Below are positions 1 to 9,457 of a DNA stretch of 64,000 nt, piece after piece. This stretch comes from an uncultured Trueperaceae bacterium (GTDB taxonomy: Bacteria > Deinococcota > Deinococci > Deinococcales > Trueperaceae). A model generated the notes under the pieces. The model did not search any database, was not told the origin of the DNA, and was given only the letters and a program-made list of their open reading frames with translations. The stretch spans positions 512,001-576,000 of the forward strand of contig CAWFFU010000011.1 in NCBI GenBank assembly GCA_963815215.1. Reading direction: 5' to 3'. How positions within the stretch are numbered: the first letter of the stretch is position 1; every line of letters begins with the position of its first letter. A program made the translations under genes and the position numbers.

Positions 1-1
1 C

Positions 2-505
2 CTCATCCTGATGGGTCAGGGCCCTGAGGTGAACGCCTTCGAGGGCATCCTTCCTTCGGCGCTGCAGGAGCTGGTGGTGGGGCGGCTAGCCGCCCCTGCC
101 AACGCCGACGCCACCGCGGCCGAGCTCGGGCCGCAGTTCACCGCGGCGTTGGAGGCGATCGAGACCGCCGCGGAGATCGCGGTGCTCGACCGCATCCAGG
201 AGAAGGGTGTCTGGGGCTTCGACACCACCCTCGACGCCGTCGGTGAGGGGCGGATCTACCTGCTGGCCGTCCCCTGGCGCATGCGCGCCAGGGTGTTCCA
301 GTGCGGCGAAGGCGACCGCGTCACGGCGAGCCACAGCGAAGCCTCGCGCCTCTACCCCGGCGAGACGATCCACGAGACCGCCCTCGCCGACGTCCTGCCC
401 GCGCTCATCACCCGCCAGAACTTGCAGCTCGCCGTCATGCACGGCGACAACGAGACGCGCCTCAACGAGGCCTTCGGCGGCCTGGCGGGTCTCGCCCGCT
501 GGTAG
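2..505 (+). CDS. aeRF1-type release-factor homologue (baeRF/VLRF1-like), 5'-truncated C-terminal part
   Basis: Frame is open from the window edge (LILMGQGPEV...). 'GFDTTLDAVGEGRIYLLAV' and the ending 'FGGLAGLARW' resemble eRF1 domain 3 / pelota-like C-termini. Confidence 0.6.
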   Translation, partial: LILMGQGPEVNAFEGILPSALQELVVGRLAAPANADATAAELGPQFTAALEAIETAAEIAVLDRIQEKGVWGFDTTLDAVGEGRIYLLAVPWRMRARVFQCGEGDRVTASHSEASRLYPGETIHETALADVLPALITRQNLQLAVMHGDNETRLNEAFGGLAGLARW

Positions 506-509
506 GCCC

Positions 510-860
510 GTGTCAGAGACCGATCGCGCGCAAGAGGTCGTTCGCCGCCTACTCGATGCCGAGAAGAGCGCCCACGCACGCCTGGCGGAGGCAGAGGAGC
601 GGGCCCGTCAACGGCTCGCGAGCGCCCGGCAGGAAGCCGAGCGCCAGCGCGCCCAGGCGCAGGAACGCGCGACGAGCGAACGGCATGCCGCGCTGGCCTC
701 GGCACGCAACGATGCCGAAGCGGAGGCGGCCGCGCTCGTCGCCGCCGAGCAGGACCGGTGGCAGCGGATCGGGGATGCGGCTCACAGCCGAACGGACGCC
801 GCCGTCGACGAGGTGGTCGCCTGGGTCTGCGCCGACGACGACGCGGAGCCGTTCCCATGA
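510..860 (+). CDS. V/A-type ATP synthase peripheral-stalk subunit G (H)
   Basis: GTG at 510. About 116 aa of Ala/Glu/Arg coiled coil; first gene of the ATPase cluster; ATGA overlap with the next gene. Confidence 0.7.
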   Translation: MSETDRAQEVVRRLLDAEKSAHARLAEAEERARQRLASARQEAERQRAQAQERATSERHAALASARNDAEAEAAALVAAEQDRWQRIGDAAHSRTDAAVDEVVAWVCADDDAEPFP

Positions 861-1888
861 TGGGGGTGCTCCGCCACGCGGCCTCCCACGCGCAGGTGCG
901 CGCACGCCTTCCCGGACTGCTCCTCCCGTCCCAGTGGCAGGCGCTGCTCGAGGCACAGGACGTCGAAGGCATCGCCCGGCGCCTTCAAGGAGGCGCCTAC
1001 GGGAGCGGGCTCCCCGAGCAGCCCGCCGCCCTCGAGCGCCACCTCAAGGCGACGCTTGCCGAGGAGACGAGCACCGTGGCGACGTTCCAATGGGGTGCCA
1101 CCCGGGCGCTGCTCGCCACCTACGCGCGACGTTTCGAGCTGTCCAACCTCAAGACCGTCCTTCGCGCCCGCCACTACGGCATCCCCTGGGAACGGAGCGC
1201 GGTCGTGATGATCCCCCTGAAGCGCTCGGCGTTACCGTGGCGCGCGCTGCTCGAGGCGTCGTCCATGGAGGCCGTCGCGCGCATGCTCGAAGCGACGCCG
1301 TTCGCGAGGCCGCTGGTCACCGTCTTGGAACAGCAGGGGGATGCCGCTCCCTTCCGCTTCGAGGTCGCCCTCGACCTGGCCTACTTCCAGGAACTCGTGA
1401 GGCGCATCGAGCGCTTGACGGGCCGCGACGGCGAACGCGCCCGCACGTTCCTCGGCGATTGGATCGAGGTCGAGAACCTGTCCTGGGCCTTCCGCTACCG
1501 GCGGCTGGCCGGGCTCACGCCCGAGGAGACGGTCAACTACACGCTGCACCGGGCCTTCGGAGCGGGGCTCGACGCGGTGAGGCGGGTGGTGATGGGGAGC
1601 ACCGTCGCCGAGGAGGCGGCCCGCCTCGGGTACGTGATCGACGACGACGCTCCGGAGGACGAGGCGCTCGCCGCCCTGGAGCGGACCGCCGGACAACAGC
1701 GCGCCGAGGCGGCCCTCCGCGTGTTCCTGGGAGCGCCGTTCGACGTGGGCGCTCCCCTGGCGTTGCTCACCCTGCGCGAGACCGAGGTGCTCGACCTGAT
1801 CACGCTGATCGAGGGCGTCGCGGCGGGCCTGAGCAAGGGCGCGCTGGCCACCCGCTTCCTGGGACCGTTGCGCCACGGAGAGGCCTGA
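857..1888 (+). CDS. atpC: V/A-type ATP synthase subunit C (d/AC39 family)
   Basis: 'HAQVRARLPGLL', 'FELSNLKTVLRA', 'LDLAYF', 'IEVENL'; size and operon position fit. Confidence 0.85.
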   Translation: MMGVLRHAASHAQVRARLPGLLLPSQWQALLEAQDVEGIARRLQGGAYGSGLPEQPAALERHLKATLAEETSTVATFQWGATRALLATYARRFELSNLKTVLRARHYGIPWERSAVVMIPLKRSALPWRALLEASSMEAVARMLEATPFARPLVTVLEQQGDAAPFRFEVALDLAYFQELVRRIERLTGRDGERARTFLGDWIEVENLSWAFRYRRLAGLTPEETVNYTLHRAFGAGLDAVRRVVMGSTVAEEAARLGYVIDDDAPEDEALAALERTAGQQRAEAALRVFLGAPFDVGAPLALLTLRETEVLDLITLIEGVAAGLSKGALATRFLGPLRHGEA

Positions 1889-1892
1889 CCCC

Positions 1893-3794
1893 GTGCTCGC
1901 GCCCGAACGGCTCCAGGAAGTGAGCATCTTCGTTCTCGAGCGCGACGTGGAGATCGTCACCAACGTCCTGCTCCACGCCGAGTCCCTCCACCTCGAGGAC
2001 GTCGAGACCGAGTCCCTGGAACCGAAGCGCCACTGGGCGGAGACCGCCGATCGGGCGCTGGCCCTGGCGCGCCGTGCCGGTCAGGTGCTCGAGCTCCTCG
2101 ACATCGAACCGCTGACGCAGGCGCCGACCGAACCCGTGCGCCCCGGCGACGAGCTCGACCTCATGGAAGCCCAGCTCGTCCTGGCCGAGACACGCGTCGC
2201 TTCCTGGCGCGCGCGCGCGGACCGGAGCCGGCGCGAGCTGGAGTCGCTGGCGCTGACGCGGTCCCAACTCGAGCTGCTCGAGCCGCTGCGCGTGCCCGTC
2301 GAAGCGCTGGGGGAGCTGCGGCAACACCACGTCGTCGTCGGAACGATGCCGGCGGAGAACCTGACTCGCGTCGCCGAGGCGCTCTTCACCGTGTCGTTCG
2401 TGATCGCGCCGGTGCAGGTGCGCGCCGGACGCGCACTGGTGGTAGCGGCCAGCACGCGTCAGGACGCCGCCATCCTGGACCGGGCACTGCGCAGCGCCTT
2501 CTTCGAACCGATCCCCCTTCCCGCCGACGCGCGTGGTCATCCGGAGGAGGCGCTGGCGGCGCTCGATCGGCGCGCGGAGCTTGCCCGGGCGAGCGACAGC
2601 GAGCTCCGTGCCGAACGCGCCCGCCTCGCCGGCGCGCTGCGAGACACCCTCGTTCCACTGGAAGCGCGTCTGCGCGCTGCGTCGATCGTGGCCGAGGCGA
2701 TCCGGCGCTTCCCCGGACGCGGTGAGGTGTACCTGATCGCGGGCTGGGTCCCCGAGCGCAGGGTGGAGGCCCTCGGCAGCGAGCTCCGGGCCGCCGCCGA
2801 CGCGCCCATCGTGCTCCAGGCGGCGCCGCCTGCCGGCACGCGCCAGGGCGTGCCCACGCTGCTCAGCGCACCTGCCTGGTTACGGCCATTCCGGATCCTG
2901 GTCACCACCTTCGGCCTCTCGGGCTACCGCGAGATCGACCCCACGTTACCGGCGGCGGCGACCTTCGTACTGATGTACGGGATGATGTTCGGAGACGTCG
3001 GGCACGGCCTGCTCCTGGCGGCGGCCGGCGCCTTGCTGGGCAGGCGCGTCGGTCCCATGGCGCGCATCATCACCGTGGCGGGTGTGAGCGGTGCCCTGTT
3101 CGGCGTGCTCTACGGGACCGTGTTCGGCGCCCCGCTGTTCCCTCCCCTGTGGCTGCGCCCCATGGACCGCATCCAGGACCTGCTCCTGGCGTCCATCGCC
3201 GCCGGCGTGGTGGTCCTCAACCTCGGCTTCGGCCTCAACCTGCTCACGCGGGCCCGCGCCCACGATCTCCTCGCGCTCGTGCTGGACAGGAACGGTATCG
3301 TCGGGATCCTGCTGTACTGGACGCTCATCGGAGGCACCGCCCTGAGCCTCCTCGGTCGGCTCGACATCCGTGTTGTGCTCGTGACGCTGGCCCCGTTGGC
3401 GTTGCTGCTGTGGCTCAAGGAGCCGATCCAGGAGTGGCTCCGGGGACGGCCCGTGGGGCCCATCGGCGACACCCTCGTGACGGGCTTCTTCGAGCTCTTC
3501 GAGACGGTGCTCGGCTACGCCAGCAACAGCCTCTCCTTCGTGCGCCTGGGGGCTTTCGCGGTGGCCCACGAGGGGCTCTCCGCGATGGTGCTGCGCTACT
3601 CAGGGGGGCCGGCGGGCTGGATCGTGCTGGTCCTGGGGACCGCGCTGATCGTGGGCTTCGAGGGGCTGGTGGTGGGGATCCAGGCCTTGCGCCTGGAGTA
3701 CTTCGAGTTCTTCGGTCGTTTCTTCAGGGGCGACGGCACTCCCTTCGTCCCGTTGACGTTCCAGGGAGGTCGCGATGCTCGCATTCACGCCTAG
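1893..3794 (+). CDS. atpI: V/A-type ATP synthase subunit I (a)
   Basis: 'EIDPT', 'YGMMFGDVGHG', 'SNSLSFVRLGAFAVAH' (essential Arg), 'IQALRLEYFEFFGRFF'. Confidence 0.95.
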   Translation: MLAPERLQEVSIFVLERDVEIVTNVLLHAESLHLEDVETESLEPKRHWAETADRALALARRAGQVLELLDIEPLTQAPTEPVRPGDELDLMEAQLVLAETRVASWRARADRSRRELESLALTRSQLELLEPLRVPVEALGELRQHHVVVGTMPAENLTRVAEALFTVSFVIAPVQVRAGRALVVAASTRQDAAILDRALRSAFFEPIPLPADARGHPEEALAALDRRAELARASDSELRAERARLAGALRDTLVPLEARLRAASIVAEAIRRFPGRGEVYLIAGWVPERRVEALGSELRAAADAPIVLQAAPPAGTRQGVPTLLSAPAWLRPFRILVTTFGLSGYREIDPTLPAAATFVLMYGMMFGDVGHGLLLAAAGALLGRRVGPMARIITVAGVSGALFGVLYGTVFGAPLFPPLWLRPMDRIQDLLLASIAAGVVVLNLGFGLNLLTRARAHDLLALVLDRNGIVGILLYWTLIGGTALSLLGRLDIRVVLVTLAPLALLLWLKEPIQEWLRGRPVGPIGDTLVTGFFELFETVLGYASNSLSFVRLGAFAVAHEGLSAMVLRYSGGPAGWIVLVLGTALIVGFEGLVVGIQALRLEYFEFFGRFFRGDGTPFVPLTFQGGRDARIHA

Positions 3795-4122
3795 GGCCTG
3801 CAGGTCCTTCGTCCTTCGGTTGCTCGTCGTGCTGGCGGCGGGTGCGGGATCCACGCTGGCAGCGGCCCAGACGGCCCCGCAGAGCCCTGTCGAGGCGGTT
3901 CAGGCCGTCACTCAGGGCAATCCCTTCCTGGCCGCCGCCATCGCCACCGGTCTCGCCGCCATCGGAGCGGGCATCGCCGTCGGGATCGCCGGGGCCGCGG
4001 CCATCGGCGCGATCGCCGAGAAGCCCGAGCTGCTCGGCCGGAGCCTGATCTTCGTCGGGCTGGCCGAGGGCATCGTCATCTACGGGTTGATCATCTCGTT
4101 CATCATCCTCGGGACGGGGTGA
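3775..4122 (+). CDS. atpK: V/A-type ATP synthase proteolipid subunit K (c), single hairpin with N-terminal signal-like extension
   Basis: 'GAGIAVGIAGAAAIGAIAEKPE...IFVGLAEGIVIYGLIISF'; SD GGAGG upstream. Confidence 0.93.
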   Translation: MLAFTPRACRSFVLRLLVVLAAGAGSTLAAAQTAPQSPVEAVQAVTQGNPFLAAAIATGLAAIGAGIAVGIAGAAAIGAIAEKPELLGRSLIFVGLAEGIVIYGLIISFIILGTG

Positions 4123-4448
4123 GCGCCGTGGCCGGCGCGCGCGGGCTCACGGTCATCGGGGGCGCCGATGTCGTCCTCGGCCTCGGGCTGCTCGGTATCG
4201 ACGGGGTCGTCGTCTCCGACGCGACGCAGGCCCGCGTTGCACTGGCACGAGCCCTGGCCGATCGCGACACCGCGCTGGTGCTGGTGGACGAGGCCTGGGT
4301 CGAGGACCTGCGCGACACCGTGGAGGCGGTCGCCCAGGAGTCCGCGAGCCCGTTGGTGGTCGAGATCCCCAGCGCGATCGGAGCCGACGCGGCGCTTACC
4401 CTGCACCTGAGGGTCGAACGCGCACTCGGCTTCAAGTTGAGGGAGTGA
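4119..4448 (+). CDS. atpF: V/A-type ATP synthase subunit F
   Basis: 'VIGGADVVLGLGLLGIDG', 'PLVVEIPS', 'VERALG'. Confidence 0.9.
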   Translation: MSAVAGARGLTVIGGADVVLGLGLLGIDGVVVSDATQARVALARALADRDTALVLVDEAWVEDLRDTVEAVAQESASPLVVEIPSAIGADAALTLHLRVERALGFKLRE

Positions 4449-5095
4449 GGATCGGCATGTTGGACGTGCGCGGGGACCTGGAAGCGCTGGTCGCGGAGGC
4501 TCATCGGCGGGTGGAGCAGAATGCCCTCGACAAGGAGGCTTCGGCCGACCGACGCTCCGCCGAAGCGCTGGACGAGGCGCGGAACGCCGTCGCCGCGATC
4601 CTCCACGATCACCGCGAGCGCACGAGGACCGAGGCCTCCGAAGCCCGCGCGCACGTGCTGGCGCTCGGGGAGATGCGCTCGAAGCGGGTCGCTCTGGAGC
4701 AACGCGAAGCACTGCTCGACGCCGTCTGGAGCGCCGCCACGGCGCGCCTCGAGGAGCTCCCCGACGACGGCCGCAGGTACCTCGCCACGCTCCGCCGACT
4801 CGCCGCGCTGGCCGCCCGGAACCTCCGCGCGGCCGAGGTCGAGCTCTCCTCCGAGGTGCGCGGCCACGACCTCCTGACGCCCGAGCGGCTCGAGGCCTGG
4901 GGCGCCGAGGACGATGTGCACTATCGACGTGCGGCCGCTCCCGTTGCGATGATGGGCGGCCTCATGGCCAGCGCCGGCCGGCTCCGAGTCGATTCCAGTT
5001 TCGATACCCGACTCCAGATCGCCCGGGAGGAGCTGCGTGAGGTCGCCACCGCGCGGCTCCTGGGAAGCGACGTCGTAGCGGGAGCGGAGCGTTGA
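4445..5095 (+). CDS. atpE: V/A-type ATP synthase subunit E
   Basis: N-terminal coiled coil plus 'MGGLMASAGRLRVDSSFDTRL'. The start could be ATG 4457. Confidence 0.85.
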   Translation: MRIGMLDVRGDLEALVAEAHRRVEQNALDKEASADRRSAEALDEARNAVAAILHDHRERTRTEASEARAHVLALGEMRSKRVALEQREALLDAVWSAATARLEELPDDGRRYLATLRRLAALAARNLRAAEVELSSEVRGHDLLTPERLEAWGAEDDVHYRRAAAPVAMMGGLMASAGRLRVDSSFDTRLQIAREELREVATARLLGSDVVAGAER

Positions 5096-5099
5096 CGCC

Positions 5100-6908
5100 G
5101 TGAGGCAGGTCGGTACCGTGACCTGGATCAGCGGACCGGTCGTCAAGGCGCGGCTGACGGCGCCGGTCGGGCTGATGGAGCAAGTCTGGGTCGGCACCCT
5201 CGGGCTGGCGGGCGAGGTCATCGCGCGTGAACACGATCTCGCGACGGTGCAGGTGTACGAGGAGACGGACGGCGTCCGGCCCGGCGAACCCGTGCGGTCC
5301 GACGGGCACCCGCTCGAGGTGGCCCTGGGACCGGGCCTGCTTGGCCAGGTCTACGACGGCCTTCAACGTCCGCTCGAGAGGTTGCTTGAGAGCGGTCCCG
5401 GCATCGAGCGCGGGGCCCACGCCGAACCCCTCCCGGATCGAACGTGGCCGTTCGTGGCGCGCGCCGTCGAGGGCGCCGACCTCCACCCCGGCTCCGTGCT
5501 GGGCGTCGTGCAGGAGACTCCGCTGATCGAGCATCGGGTACTCGTTCCGCCCGGCCTCGAGGGCCGGCTCGAGTGGATCGCCGACGACGGTCAGGTGGCC
5601 CGCGACCAGGTGATGGCCCGGCTCCGCAGCGACGCCGACGGCGAGGTGCACGAGCTGACGCTGGTGCAACGCTGGCCCGTCAGGGTGGCACGTCCGGCGC
5701 GGAGGAGGCTAGAGTCCCACCGGCCCCTGGTGACGGGGCAACGCGTGCTCGACACCTTCTACCCCGTCGCGCGCGGCGGCGCGGTGGCCCTGCCAGGACC
5801 GTTCGGCGCCGGCAAGACCATCCTGCAGCACAGTCTCGCCAAATGGTGCGACGCCCAGGTGATCGTCTACGTGGGGTGCGGCGAACGCGGCAACGAGATC
5901 GCCCAGGTGCTCACCGAGTTCCCCAGCCTGCTCGATCCCGCCTCCGGCCGGCCACTGCTGGAGCGGACGATCCTGATCGCCAACACCTCGAACATGCCTG
6001 TGGCCGCGCGCGAGGCCAGCATCTACACGGGGCTGGCGATGGCCGAGTACTACCGCGACATGGGCTACAGCGTCGCGTTGATGGCCGACTCGACCAGTCG
6101 CTGGGCCGAGGCCCTCAGGGAGATCGCGGGGCGGCTCGAGGAGATGCCGGCCGAGGAGGGCTACCCTGCCTACCTGCCCAGTCGGCTGGCCGCCTTCTAC
6201 GAGCGCGCCGGCGTGGTGGAAACGCTCTCGGGCGAGTCCGGCTCCGTCACCATCATCGGTGCCGTCAGCCCTCCGGGCGGCGACTTCACCGAGCCGGTAA
6301 CCCAGCACACCCAGCGCTTCACGCGGGCGCTCTGGGCCCTCAGCCGCGATCTCGCCGGAGCCCGTCACTACCCGGCCATCAGTTGGGAGAACAGCTACAG
6401 CTTCTATGTCGACGAGGTCGCCACCTGGTGGGATGCTGAGGGAAGCGAGGGCTGGACGGACCTGCGCCGCCGCGCCGTGTCCATCCTGGAGCAGGATGCG
6501 CGCCTCGAGCAGATCGTCAGGCTGGTCGGAAGCGAGGCGCTGCCCGACCGTCAGCGCTGGGTGCTGGAAGCGGCCCGGCTGCTCAAGGAAGGCTTCCTGC
6601 GCCAGAACGCCCTCCACCCCATCGACGCCACCTGCACGCCGAAGAAGCAGGCGATGCTGTTGGCCCTGTTCGTGCGGCTGTACGAACGCGGCCGTGACCT
6701 GATCGACGCCGGCGTGCCTCTCGTGCGGGTACGTTCCGCGATCGACGCCGGGCGCCTGCTCCGGCTCAAGGAGACCGTTCCAGGCGATGACCTGTCGCTC
6801 ATCGAGGCCGCTGAGAAGGAGATGGATGCCGCTCTGGTGGCGCTGCGTCCCACTCCGCCTGCGGCGAACGCGACCGAGGCCGCGTCGCCGGAAGGGGACG
6901 CGCCGTGA
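5100..6908 (+). CDS. atpA: V/A-type ATP synthase catalytic subunit A
   Basis: Walker A 'GPFGAGKT', 'YVGCGERGNE', 'ANTSNMPVAAREAS', 'DSTSRWAEALRE'. Confidence 0.98.
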   Translation: MRQVGTVTWISGPVVKARLTAPVGLMEQVWVGTLGLAGEVIAREHDLATVQVYEETDGVRPGEPVRSDGHPLEVALGPGLLGQVYDGLQRPLERLLESGPGIERGAHAEPLPDRTWPFVARAVEGADLHPGSVLGVVQETPLIEHRVLVPPGLEGRLEWIADDGQVARDQVMARLRSDADGEVHELTLVQRWPVRVARPARRRLESHRPLVTGQRVLDTFYPVARGGAVALPGPFGAGKTILQHSLAKWCDAQVIVYVGCGERGNEIAQVLTEFPSLLDPASGRPLLERTILIANTSNMPVAAREASIYTGLAMAEYYRDMGYSVALMADSTSRWAEALREIAGRLEEMPAEEGYPAYLPSRLAAFYERAGVVETLSGESGSVTIIGAVSPPGGDFTEPVTQHTQRFTRALWALSRDLAGARHYPAISWENSYSFYVDEVATWWDAEGSEGWTDLRRRAVSILEQDARLEQIVRLVGSEALPDRQRWVLEAARLLKEGFLRQNALHPIDATCTPKKQAMLLALFVRLYERGRDLIDAGVPLVRVRSAIDAGRLLRLKETVPGDDLSLIEAAEKEMDAALVALRPTPPAANATEAASPEGDAP

Positions 6909-8344
6909 GCGCCTCCGGCCGCTCGGGCCGGATCGAGCTGGTGGGCGCCGACCGCATCGAGGGTCCGCTCCTCCTGCTCGAGGGGTTCGGGAGGGCGGCC
7001 TACGGCGAAGTGGTCGAGGTCCACGGCGCCGGGCCGGTCCGCCTCGGCGAAGTGCTCGCCTCCTCGGAGGAATCCGCCGTGATCGAGTTGTGGGGCAACA
7101 CCGCCGGCATGACTCCCGAGTCGTTGAGCGTACGCTTCCGGGGCGAGACGCTGCACGCGCCGGTGGCCGAGGAGATGCTCGGGCGGGTGTTCGACGGGCT
7201 CGGTCGGCCGCGTGACGGCCTGCCCCCTCCGATCGCGGAGCGCCGCGTCGACGTCCATGGGCGGCCCATCAATCCCGCAGCCCGCGCCTATCCGCGCGAT
7301 CCCATCGAGACCGGCGTGTCGGCGATCGACCTGATGAACACCCTGGTACGCGGGCAGAAGCTCCCGCTGCTGTCGGGGTCGGGGTTGCCCCACAACGAGC
7401 TGGCGGCGCAGATCGCCCTGCAGGCCCGGGTCGCCGACGAGCGCGAGCGCTTCGCCGTGGTGTTCGTTGCGCTGGGAAGCTCGCACGACACCGCTGCGTT
7501 CTTCCGCCAGCAGTTCGAGGACTCCGGCCTGCTGGCCCGCACGGCCCTGTTCCTCAACCTGGCCGACGACGCACCGATGGAGCGCATCGTCACGCCCCGC
7601 GTGGCGCTGTCGCTGGCCGAGCACCTGGCCTTCGAGCACGACTACCACGTCCTCGCTCTCCTGACGGACATGACCAACTACGCCGAGGCCCTCCGCGAGC
7701 TCTCCGCTCGCAAGAACGAGGTACCCGGTCGAAAGGGCTACCCCGGCTACCTCTACACCGACCTGGCGTCGATCTACGAGCGCTGCGGCCGCATCAAGGG
7801 CAGGAAGGGGTCGCTCACCCAGATCCCCATCCTGACGATGCCGGGCGACGACATCACCCACCCCGTGCCCGACCTCACCGGCTACATCACCGAGGGCCAG
7901 GTGGTGCTCGACCGGGCGCTCCACCGGGCCGAGGTCTACCCGCCGGTGGACGTCATGCTGTCGCTGTCGCGGCTGATGAAGGACGGCATCGGCGAGGGAC
8001 GCACGCGCGCCGATCACGTCGGACTCGCTGCGCAACTCTATGCGGCCTACGCCCGGGTCCGGGAGGTCCGCAATCTGGCGACCGTGATCGGCGATGCGGC
8101 GCTGGCGACGGTCGACCGCATGTACCTAGAGTTCGGAGAGCGCTTCGAGCACGACGTCCTGCGGCAGGGGTCGAGCGAGATCCGCGCGTTCGACGATAGC
8201 CTCGATCGCGGCTGGGCCGCGCTCTCGGTGCTGCCCATGGACGAGCTCACGCGCGTCGGCGCGGAGGATCTGCGGAACCACTACGGTGGCCGCCCGCCGG
8301 CCGCCGAGGCGACCCCGCCTGTTGCGCCTGAGGAAGCCCGATGA
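6905..8344 (+). CDS. atpB: V/A-type ATP synthase subunit B
   Basis: 'TLVRGQKLP', 'GLPHNELAAQI', 'TDMTNYAEALRE', 'DDITHPVPDLTGYITEGQ'. Confidence 0.98.
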   Translation: MSASGRSGRIELVGADRIEGPLLLLEGFGRAAYGEVVEVHGAGPVRLGEVLASSEESAVIELWGNTAGMTPESLSVRFRGETLHAPVAEEMLGRVFDGLGRPRDGLPPPIAERRVDVHGRPINPAARAYPRDPIETGVSAIDLMNTLVRGQKLPLLSGSGLPHNELAAQIALQARVADERERFAVVFVALGSSHDTAAFFRQQFEDSGLLARTALFLNLADDAPMERIVTPRVALSLAEHLAFEHDYHVLALLTDMTNYAEALRELSARKNEVPGRKGYPGYLYTDLASIYERCGRIKGRKGSLTQIPILTMPGDDITHPVPDLTGYITEGQVVLDRALHRAEVYPPVDVMLSLSRLMKDGIGEGRTRADHVGLAAQLYAAYARVREVRNLATVIGDAALATVDRMYLEFGERFEHDVLRQGSSEIRAFDDSLDRGWAALSVLPMDELTRVGAEDLRNHYGGRPPAAEATPPVAPEEAR

Positions 8345-8985
8345 GCGGCGGCCACGGCGCCGCGGGCGGGCCTCCGACCCGGGCCAGGCTCCTCGAGCTG
8401 CGCCGCAGACTCGAGGAAGCGCGCGCGGGCCACGCCATGCTCGAGCGCAAGCGTGAGGTGCTGCTGCGCGAGGTCTGGAGCCTGCTCCGCGAGCTCGGGC
8501 ACGTGGAGCGCGACGTGCGGCGCCGCTTCGGAACCGCCTACGCCGCCCTGCGCGAAGCGCGGCTGGCCATGGGTAGCGAAGGGCTGGCATGGGCGGCGCT
8601 GGCGCCGGCCGCACGCAGCACGTGCGTCACAGAAGCTCGCTCGGTGATGGGGGTGACCCTCCCGCTGGTGCATGTGACCGTCACGGCCCTGCCTCTTCCC
8701 TACAGCCCATTCGGCACCAGCGTGACCATGGACCGGGCGCGGCAGCGCTGGCTCGAAGTCGGGGAGGTGCTGGGCGCGTGGGCCGAGACCTACAGCTCGG
8801 TGTGGCGGGCGAGTGCGGAGCTGGCGAGAACCCAGCGCCGCGTCAACGCCCTCGAGAAGCTGCTCATCCCCGACTACGAGGTCGCCATCCACGCCATCGA
8901 AGAGGCGCTCGAGGAGCAGGAGCGCGCGACCTTCCTGCGCGGCAAACGTGTCAAGGAGCGGAAGGAGGCCGAAGGTGAACGATAG
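8341..8985 (+). CDS. atpD: V/A-type ATP synthase subunit D
   Basis: 'PTRARLLEL', 'GHAMLERKREVL', 'TQRRVNALEKLLIP'. Confidence 0.95.
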   Translation: MSGGHGAAGGPPTRARLLELRRRLEEARAGHAMLERKREVLLREVWSLLRELGHVERDVRRRFGTAYAALREARLAMGSEGLAWAALAPAARSTCVTEARSVMGVTLPLVHVTVTALPLPYSPFGTSVTMDRARQRWLEVGEVLGAWAETYSSVWRASAELARTQRRVNALEKLLIPDYEVAIHAIEEALEEQERATFLRGKRVKERKEAEGER

Positions 8986-9457
8986 CGTGTTCAGCAAGAT
9001 CCTGGTGCCGACGGACGGCTCCGAAGGCTCGATCCAGGCCGCGCGCCTGGCCCTCGACATGCTCCGCGGGAGCTCCGGTCGGCTGGCGCTCCTGTTCGTC
9101 GTGGACACCGCGGTGCTCAGCGAGCTGCGGCGTTTCGGGGAGCAGACCGAGGCGGAGGTGGAGAGCGAGCTGCACGAGCACGGCAAGCGCTACCTCGATC
9201 TCCTCGTGGAGGAAGCGAAGGCCGGCGGCATCGGCGCCGAGACGTTCCTCAGGGAGGGTGACCCGTTCGCGGAGATCGTGGCGCTCGCCCGCGACATCGG
9301 CGCCGACCTGATCGCCATGGGCCATGTAGGCCAGCGCGGCACGCGCCGCGTGCTGCTCGGCTCGGTCACGCAGCGCGTGCTCGACTTCGCTCACTGCCCG
9401 GTGCTGGTCGTCAAGCACGAGACGACCGAGCACGTACCATGGGGGACGAACCCATGA
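8975..9457 (+). CDS. Universal stress protein (UspA family), ATP-binding type
   Basis: GTG 8975 with SD GGAGG; 'FSKILVPTDGS'; G-2x-G-9x-GS motif 'GHVGQRGTRRVLLGSVT'; 'CPVLVVK'. Confidence 0.93.
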   Translation: MNDSVFSKILVPTDGSEGSIQAARLALDMLRGSSGRLALLFVVDTAVLSELRRFGEQTEAEVESELHEHGKRYLDLLVEEAKAGGIGAETFLREGDPFAEIVALARDIGADLIAMGHVGQRGTRRVLLGSVTQRVLDFAHCPVLVVKHETTEHVPWGTNP

